Shown here: piece after piece, positions 48,046-56,504 of the stretch
How the letters are laid out: each line of letters begins with the position of its first letter
How positions within the stretch are numbered: the stretch's first letter is position 1
Source of the DNA: Nemertoderma westbladi
Taxonomy: Eukaryota; Animalia; Xenacoelomorpha
Length of the DNA stretch: 56,504 bases
Reading direction: 5' to 3'
NCBI GenBank assembly: GCA_032718475.1
Contig: JAUCBJ010000522.1
Span: 1 to 56,504, forward strand
Translations under genes and position numbers: made by a program
The notes under the pieces: generated by a model
The model's input: the letters and a program-made list of their open reading frames with translations, nothing else
What the model was told of the DNA's origin: nothing
Databases searched by the model: none

Positions 48046-51000
48046 TTTGGGAGGATGAGGGCTACCTGGGGTTTGGGAGGATGAGGGCTACCTGGGGTTT
48101 GGGAGGATGCGGGCTACCTGGGGTTTGGGAGGATGCGGGCTACCTGGGGTTTGGGAGGATGAGGGCTACCTGGGGTTTGGGAGGATGAGGGCTACCTGGG
48201 GTTTGGTGGGATGAGGGCTACCTGGGGTTTGGGAGGATGAGGGCTACCTGGGGTTTGGGAGGATGAGGGCTACCTGGGGTTTGGGAGGATGAGGGCTACC
48301 TGGGGTTTGGGAGGATGCGGGCTACCTGGGGTTTGGGAGGATGAGGGCTACCTGGGGTTTGGGAGGATGAGGGCTACCTGGGGTTTGGGAGGATGAGGGC
48401 TACCTGGGGTTTGGGAGGATGAGGGCTACCTGGGGTTTGGGAGGATGAGGGCTACCTGGGGTTTGGGAGGATGAGGGCTACCTGGGGTTTGGGAGGATGA
48501 GGGCTACCTGGGGTTTGGGAGGATGAGGGCTACCTGGGGTTTGGGAGGATGAGGGCTACCTGGGGTTTGGGAGGATGAGGGCTACCTGGGGTTTGGGAGG
48601 ATGAGGGCTACCTGGGGTTTGGGAGGATGAGGGCTACCTGGGGTTTGGGAGGATGAGGGCTACCTGGGGTTTGGGAGGATGAGGGATACCTGGGGTTTGG
48701 GAGGATGAGGGCTACCTAGGGTTTGGGAGGATGAGGGCTACCTGGGGTTTGGGAGGATGAGGGCTACCTGGGGTTTGGGAGGATGCGGGCTACCTGGGGT
48801 TTGGGAGGATGAGGGCTACCTGGGGGTTTGGGAGGATGAGGGCTACCTGGGGTTTGGGAGGATGAGGGCTACCTGGGGTTTGGGAGGATGAGGGCTACCT
48901 GGGGTTTGGGAGGATGCGGGCTACCTGGGGTTTGGGAGGATGAGGGCTACCTGGGGTTTGGGAGGATGAGGGCTACCTGGGGTTTGGGAGGATGCGGGCT
49001 ACCTGGGGTTTGGGAGGATGAGGGCTACCTGGGGTTTGGGAGGATGACGGCTACCTGGGGTTTGGGAGGATGAGGGCGACCTGGGGTTTGGGAGGATGCG
49101 GGCTACCTGGGGTTTGGGAGGATGCGGGCTACCTGGGGTTTGGGAGGATGCGGGCTACCTGGGGTTTGGGAGGATGCGGGCTACCTGGGGTTTGGGAGGA
49201 TGCGGGCTACCTGGGGTTTGGGAGGATGAGGGCTACCTGGGGTTTGGGAGGATGCGGGCTACCTGGGGTTTGGGAGGATGCGGGCTACCTGGGGTTTGGG
49301 AGGATGAGGGCTACCTGGGGTTTGGGAGGATGACGGCTACCTGGGGTTTGGGAGGATGAGGGCGACCTGGGGTTTGGGAGGATGAGGGCTACCTGGGGTT
49401 TGGGAGGATGCGGGCTACCTGGGGTTTGGGAGGATGAGGGCTACCTGGGGTTTGGGAGGATGACGGCTACCTGGGGTTTGGGAGGATGAGGGCGACCTGG
49501 GGTTTGGGAGGATGAGGGCTACCTGGGGTTTGGGAGGATGCGGGCTACCTGGGGTTTGGGAGGATGCGGGCTACCTGGGGTTTGGGAGGATGAGGGCTAC
49601 CTGGGGTTTGGGAGGATGAGGGCTACCTGGGGTTTGGGAGGATGAGGGCTACCTGGGGTTTGGGAGGACGAGGGCTACCTGGGGTTTGGGAGGATGAGGG
49701 GAGGGCTACCTGGGGTTTGGGAGGATGAGGGCTACCTGGGGTTTGGGAGGATGAGGGCTACCTGGGGTTTGGGAGGATGAGGGCGACCTGGGGTTTGGGA
49801 GGATGAGGGGAGGGCTACCTGGGGTTTGGGAGGATGCGGGCTACCTGGGGTTTGGGAGGATGCGGGCTACCTGGGGTTTGGGAGGATGAGGGCTACCTGG
49901 GGTTTGGGAGGATGAGGGCTACCTGGGGTTTGGGAGGATGAGGGCTACCTGGGGTTTGGGAGGATGAGGGCTACCTGGGGTTTGGGAGGATGAGGGCTAC
50001 CTGGGGTTTGGGAGGATGAGGGCTACCTGGGGTTTGGGAGGATGAGGGCTACCTGGGGTTTGGGAGGATGAGGGCTACCTGGGGTTTGGGAGGATGAGGG
50101 CTACCTGGGGTTTGGGAGGACGAGGGCTACCTGGGGTTTGGGAGGATGAGGGCTACCTGGGGTTTGGGAGGATGAGGGCTACCTGGGGTTTGGGAGGATG
50201 AGGACTACCTGGGGTTTGGGAGGATGAGGGCTACCTGGGGTTTGGGAGGATGAGGGCTACCTGGGGTTTGGGAGGATGAGGGCTACCTGGGGTTTGGGAG
50301 GATGAGGGCTACCTGGGGTTTGGGAGGATGCGGGCTACCTGGGGTTTGGGAGGATGCGGGCTACCTGGGGTTTGGGAGGATGAGGGCTACCTGGGGTTTG
50401 GGAGGATGAGGGCTACCTGGGGTTTGGGAGGATGAGGGCGACCTGGGGTTTGGGAGGATGAGGGCTACCTGGGGTTTGGGAGGATGAGGGCTACCTGGGG
50501 TTTGGGAGGATGAGGGCTACCTGGGGTTTGGGAGGATGAGGGCTACCTGGGGTTTGGGAGGATGAGGGCTACCTGGGGTTTGGGAGGATGAGGGCTACCT
50601 GGGGTTTGGGAGGATGAGGGCTACCTGGGGTTTGGGAGGATGAGGGCTACCTGGGGTTTGGGAGGATGAGGGCTACCTGGGGTTTGGGAGGATGAGGGCT
50701 ACCTGGGGTTTGGGAGGATGAGGGCTACCTGGGGTTTGGGAGGATGAGGGCTACCTGGGGTTTGGGAGGATGAGGGCTACCTGGGGTTTGGGAGGATGAG
50801 GGCTACCTGGGGTTTGGGAGGACGAGGGCTACCTGGGGTTTGGGAGGATGAGGGCTACCTGGGGTTTGGGAGGATGAGGGCTACCTGGGGTTTGGGAGGA
50901 TGAGGGCTACCTGGGGTTTGGGAGGATGAGGGCTACCTGGGGTTTGGGAGGATGAGGGCTACCTGGGGTTTGGGAGGATGAGGGCTACCTGGGGTTTGGG

Positions 51001-54000
51001 AGGATGAGGGCTACCTGGGGTTTGGGAGGATGCGGGCTACCTGGGGTTTGGGAGGATGCGGGCTACCTGGGGTTTGGGAGGATGAGGGCTACCTGGGGTT
51101 TGGGAGGATGAGGGCTACCTGGGGTTTGGGAGGATGAGGGCTACCTGGGGTTTGGGAGGATGAGGGCTACCTGGGGTTTGGGAGGATGCGGGCTACCTGG
51201 GGTTTGGGAGGATGCGGGCTACCTGGGGTTTGGGAGGATGAGGGCTACCTGGGGTTTGGGAGGATGAGGGCTACCTGGGGTTTGGGAGGATGCGGGCTAC
51301 CTGGGGTTTGGGAGGATGCGGGCTACCTGGGGTTTGGGAGGATGAGGGCTACCTGGGGTTTGGGAGGATGAGGGCTACCTGGGGTTTGGGAGGATGAGGG
51401 CTACCTGGGGTTTGGGAGGATGAGGGCTACCTGGGGTTTGGGAGGATGAGGGCTACCTGGGGTTTGGGAGGATGAGGGCTACCTGGGGTTTGGGAGGATG
51501 CGGGCTACCTGGGGTTTGGGAGGATGCGGGCTACCTGGGGTTTGGGAGGATGAGGGCTACCTGGGGTTTGGGAGGATGAGGGCTACCTGGGGTTTGGGAG
51601 GATGAGGGCTACCTGGGGTTTGGGAGGATGAGGGCTACCTGGGGTTTGGGAGGATGAGGGCTACCTGGGGTTTGGGAGGATGAGGGCTACCTGGGGTTTG
51701 GGAGGATGAGGGCTACCTGGGGTTTGGGAGGATGAGGGCTACCTGGGGTTTGGGAGGATGAGGGCTACCTGGGGTTTGGGAGGATGAGGGCTACCTGGGG
51801 TTTGGGAGGATGAGGGCTACCTGGGGTTTGGGAGGATGAGGGCTACCTGGGGTTTGGGAGGATGAGGGCTACCTGGGGTTTGGGAGGATGAGGGCTACCT
51901 GGGGTTTGGGAGGATGAGGGCTACCTGGGGTTTGGGAGGATGCGGGCTACCTGGGGTTTGGGAGGATGAGGGCTACCTGGGGTTTGGGAGGATGAGGGCT
52001 ACCTGGGGTTTGGGAGGATGAGGGCTACCTGGGGTTTGGGAGGATGAGGGCTACCTGGGGTTTGGGAGGATGAGGGCTACCTGGGGTTTGGGAGGATGAG
52101 GGCTACCTGGGGTTTGGGAGGATGAGGGCTACCTGGGGTTTGGGAGGATGAGGGCTACCTGGGGTTTGGGAGGATGAGGGCTACCTGGGGTTTGGGAGGA
52201 TGAGGGCTACCTGGGGTTTGGGAGGATGAGGGCTACCTGGGGTTTGGGAGGATGAGGGCTACCTGGGGTTTGGGAGGATGAGGGCTACCTGGGGTTTGGG
52301 AGGATGAGGGCTACCTGGGGTTTGGGAGGATGAGGGCTACCTGGGGTTTGGGAGGATGAGGGCTACCTGGGGTTTGGGAGGATGAGGGCTACCTGGGGTT
52401 TGGGAGGATGAGGGCTACCTGGGGTTTGGGAGGATGAGGGCTACCTGGGGTTTGGGAGGATGAGGGCTACCTGGGGTTTGGGAGGATGAGGGCTACCTGG
52501 GGTTTGGGAGGATGCGGGCTACCTGGGGTTTGGGAGGATGCGGGCTACCTGGGGTTTGGGAGGATGAGGGCTACCTGGGGTTTGGGAGGATGAGGGCTAC
52601 CTGGGGTTTGGGAGGATGAGGGCTACCTGGGGTTTGGGAGGATGAGGGCTACCTGGGGTTTGGGAGGATGAGGGCTACCTGGGGTTTGGGAGGATGAGGG
52701 CTACCTGGGGTTTGGGAGGATGAGGGCTACCTGGGGTTTGGGAGGATGAGGGCTACCTGGGGTTTGGGAGGATGAGGGCTACCTGGGGTTTGGGAGGATG
52801 AGGGCTACCTGGGGTTTGGGAGGATGAGGGCTACCTGGGGTTTGGGAGGATGAGGGCTACCTGGGGTTTGGGAGGATGAGGGCTACCTGGGGTTTGGGAG
52901 GATGAGGGCTACCTGGGGTTTGGGAGGATGAGGGCTACCTGGGGTTTGGGAGGATGAGGGCTACCTGGGGTTTGGGAGGATGAGGGCTACCTGGGGTTTG
53001 GGAGGATGAGGGCTACCTGGGGTTTGGGAGGATGAGGGCTACCTGGGGTTTGGGAGGATGAGGGCTACCTGGGGTTTGGGAGGATGAGGGCTACCTGGGG
53101 TTTGGGAGGATGAGGGCTACCTGGGGTTTGGGAGGATGAGGGCTACCTGGGGTTTGGGAGGATGAGGGCTACCTGGGGTTTGGGAGGATGAGGGCTACCT
53201 GGGGTTTGGGAGGATGAGGGCTACCTGGGGTTTGGGAGGATGAGGGCTACCTGGGGTTTGGGAGGATGAGGGCTACCTGGGGTTTGGGAGGATGAGGGCT
53301 ACCTGGGGTTTGGGAGGATGAGGGCTACCTGGGGTTTGGGAGGATGAGGGCTACCTGGGGTTTGGGAGGATGAGGGCTACCTGGGGTTTGGGAGGATGAG
53401 GGCTACCTGGGGTTTGGGAGGATGAGGGCTACCTGGGGTTTGGGAGGATGAGGGCTACCTGGGGTTTGGGAGGATGAGGGCTACCTGGGGTTTGGGAGGA
53501 TGAGGGCTACCTGGGGTTTGGGAGGATGAGGGCTACCTGGGGTTTGGGAGGATGAGGGCTACCTGGGGTTTGGGAGGATGAGGGCTACCTGGGGTTTGGG
53601 AGGATGAGGGCTACCTGGGGTTTGGGAGGATGAGGGCTACCTGGGGTTTGGGAGGATGAGGGCTACCTGGGGTTTGGGAGGATGAGGGCTACCTGGGGTT
53701 TGGGAGGATGAGGGCTACCTGGGGTTTGGGAGGATGAGGGCTACCTGGGGTTTGGGAGGATGAGGGCTACCTGGGGTTTGGGAGGATGAGGGCTACCTGG
53801 GGTTTGGGAGGATGAGGGCTACCTGGGGTTTGGGAGGATGAGGGCTACCTGGGGTTTGGGAGGATGAGGGCTACCTGGGGTTTGGGAGGATGAGGGCTAC
53901 CTGGGGTTTGGGAGGATGAGGGCTACCTGGGGTTTGGGAGGATGAGGGCTACCTGGGGTTTGGGAGGATGAGGGCTACCTGGGGTTTGGGAGGATGAGGG

Positions 54001-55712
54001 CTACCTGGGGTTTGGGAGGATGAGGGCTACCTGGGGTTTGGGAGGATGAGGGCTACCTGGGGTTTGGGAGGATGAGGGCTACCTGGGGTTTGGGAGGATG
54101 AGGGCTACCTGGGGTTTGGGAGGATGAGGGCTACCTGGGGTTTGGGAGGATGAGGGCTACCTGGGGTTTGGGAGGATGAGGGCTACCTGGGGTTTGGGAG
54201 GATGAGGGCTACCTGGGGTTTGGGAGGATGAGGGCTACCTGGGGTTTGGGAGGATGAGGGCTACCTGGGGTTTGGGAGGATGAGGGCTACCTGGGGTTTG
54301 GGAGGATGAGGGCTACCTGGGGTTTGGGAGGATGAGGGCTACCTGGGGTTTGGGAGGATGAGGGCTACCTGGGGTTTGGGAGGATGAGGGCTACCTGGGG
54401 TTTGGGAGGATGAGGGCTACCTGGGGTTTGGGAGGATGAGGGCTACCTGGGGTTTGGGAGGATGAGGGCTACCTGGGGTTTGGGAGGATGAGGGCTACCT
54501 GGGGTTTGGGAGGATGAGGGCTACCTGGGGTTTGGGAGGATGAGGGCTACCTGGGGTTTGGGAGGATGAGGGCTACCTGGGGTTTGGGAGGATGAGGGCT
54601 ACCTGGGGTTTGGGAGGATGAGGGCTACCTGGGGTTTGGGAGGATGAGGGCTACCTGGGGTTTGGGAGGATGAGGGCTACCTGGGGTTTGGGAGGATGAG
54701 GGCTACCTGGGGTTTGGGAGGATGAGGGCTACCTGGGGTTTGGGAGGATGAGGGCTACCTGGGGTTTGGGAGGATGAGGGCTACCTGGGGTTTGGGAGGA
54801 TGAGGGCTACCTGGGGTTTGGGAGGATGAGGGCTACCTGGGGTTTGGGAGGATGAGGGCTACCTGGGGTTTGGGAGGATGAGGGCTACCTGGGGTTTGGG
54901 AGGATGAGGGCTACCTGGGGTTTGGGAGGATGAGGGCTACCTGGGGTTTGGGAGGATGAGGGCTACCTGGGGTTTGGGAGGATGAGGGCTACCTGGGGTT
55001 TGGGAGGATGAGGGCTACCTGGGGTTTGGGAGGATGAGGGCTACCTGGGGTTTGGGAGGATGAGGGCTACCTGGGGTTTGGGAGGATGAGGGCTACCTGG
55101 GGTTTGGGAGGATGAGGGCTACCTGGGGTTTGGGAGGATGAGGGCTACCTGGGGTTTGGGAGGATGAGGGCTACCTGGGGTTTGGGAGGATGAGGGCTAC
55201 CTGGGGTTTGGGAGGATGAGGGCTACCTGGGGTTTGGGAGGATGAGGGCTACCTGGGGTTTGGGAGGATGAGGGCGTTGAGGGCTACCTGGGGTTTGGGA
55301 GGATGAGGGCTACCTGGGGTTTGGGAGGATGAGGGCTACCTGGGGTTTGGGAGGATGAGGGCTACCTGGGGTTTGGGAGGATGAGGGCTACCTGGGGTTT
55401 GGGAGGATGAGGGCTACCTGGGGTTTGGGAGGATGAGGGCTACCTGGGGTTTGGGAGGATGAGGGCTACCTGGGGTTTGGGAGGATGAGGGCTACCTGGG
55501 GTTTGGGAGGATGAGGGCTACCTGGGGTTTGGGAGGATGAGGGCTACCTGGGGTTTGGGAGGATGAGGGCTACCTGGGGTTTGGGAGGATGAGGGCTACC
55601 TGGGGTTTGGGAGGATGAGGGCTACCTGGGGTTTGGGAGGATGAGGGCTACCTGGGGTTTGGGAGGATGAGGGCTACCTGGGGTTTGGGAGGATGAGGGC
55701 TACCTGGGGTTT
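48046..55712. repeat. 26-bp G-rich satellite (GGGCTACCTGGGGTTTGGGAGGATGA, ~295 copies, ~7.7 kb), inside the upstream PSMC3 intron
   Basis: Directly visible. Variants (GATGC, GGCGA, GACG) are concentrated in the left ~4.5 kb. Confidence 0.98.
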
Positions 55713-56007
55713 GAAGACTAGACTTTTTGTTGTTTAGTTAGATAAAGGTTGGGTTGGGACACATTGTTATGATTTATTTAATATAATTATAATTCACAAC
55801 TTATTATAGATGATTTTCAATCTCACGTCGAGGATTATTAGTGGGAGAAGGTAGAAGCGGAATTCAGTCTAGTAAAACAGTCTAGTATTTATACTAGTAT
55901 ACTATAAACTGACAAAAGAACAGGAGGTAACTGTGTAGAGTTAAAGTATAATTGCTTTCAATATGAAACATCCAGATAAAAATGAAATTGATAAAACATA
56001 ATATTTT

Positions 56008-56418
56008 GGGGGCGTTCATAAAGTATGTCACGCAAATTTTTTCGATTTTTGACCCCCCCCCCCCTCCCCCCCCCCCTTTGTCACAAATTTTATTGTAATA
56101 ATACACAATGTTTGTTTTGCCAAAATACAATATATAAATTCAATCACTATATCTACATTCTCCTACGGACAAGTCAAGTGTTCTTATTCTATAATAATAA
56201 CAGGTATTACAGTGTTGGAGTCAATGGCTTCTATATCCTACTCAATTTATCGATTATACTCAATGTTATTGAGTTTATTGTTTTCCTTAAAGTTACCCAC
56301 TCTTCTACACATGTGTGAAAGTCAAAGACAAGCTAACATTAAAGCATAGAACATCGCCGTGACCGTCACAAAAGTCGACACCCCCTCCCTCCTCTGTCAC
56401 AAAATGTCACGCAAGCTC

Positions 56419-56449
<31 letters not shown>

Positions 56450-56479
56450 TAGTGCGTGACATACTTTATGAACGCCCCC
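56008..56479. mobile_element. PIF/Harbinger-type MITE
   Basis: Perfect ~27-bp TIRs GGGGGCGTTCATAAAGTATGTCACGCA, with TTT on both flanks. Confidence 0.85.
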
Positions 56480-56504
56480 TTTCTATAAATATTAAAAGTA
56501 AACT

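Noticed and set aside
48046-55712. Telomere or telomere-derived array (GGGGTTTGGG)
   Set aside because: A 26-bp unit without TTAGGG/TTAGG runs, flanked by ordinary sequence on both sides. The short ORFs in it are artefacts.
55700-55760. 26-bp satellite as a third exon-end-derived array
   Set aside because: Sequence at its right edge translates to KSLVFKPQ, not a PSMC3 exon, so a junction origin is unsupported.

Overview
AT-rich, repeat-dense animal (probably invertebrate) genomic DNA, not prokaryotic. From left to right: (1) the 5' part of an apparently intact BEL/Pao LTR retrotransposon on the minus strand, whose polyprotein ORF runs off the window and is therefore absent from the ORF track; (2) an intronless caspase-8/10-like gene (two DEDs plus a C14 domain, QACMG); (3) the last five coding exons of the proteasome ATPase PSMC3/Rpt5 on the minus strand. 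One 25.7-kb PSMC3 intron (19296-44988) holds three intronless antisense genes: a second caspase-8-like copy, a BDH2/DHRS6-like SDR and an SLC29/ENT nucleoside transporter. The introns also carry RTE-like LINE, CRE-like, Harbinger, SINE, MITE and foldback relics, and a 7.7-kb 26-bp G-rich satellite. The most unusual signal is that two PSMC3 introns begin with minisatellites built from the preceding exon end plus its 5' splice site, and the repeat units differ from the exon mostly at synonymous codon positions. All calls were read by eye; no database searches were run.
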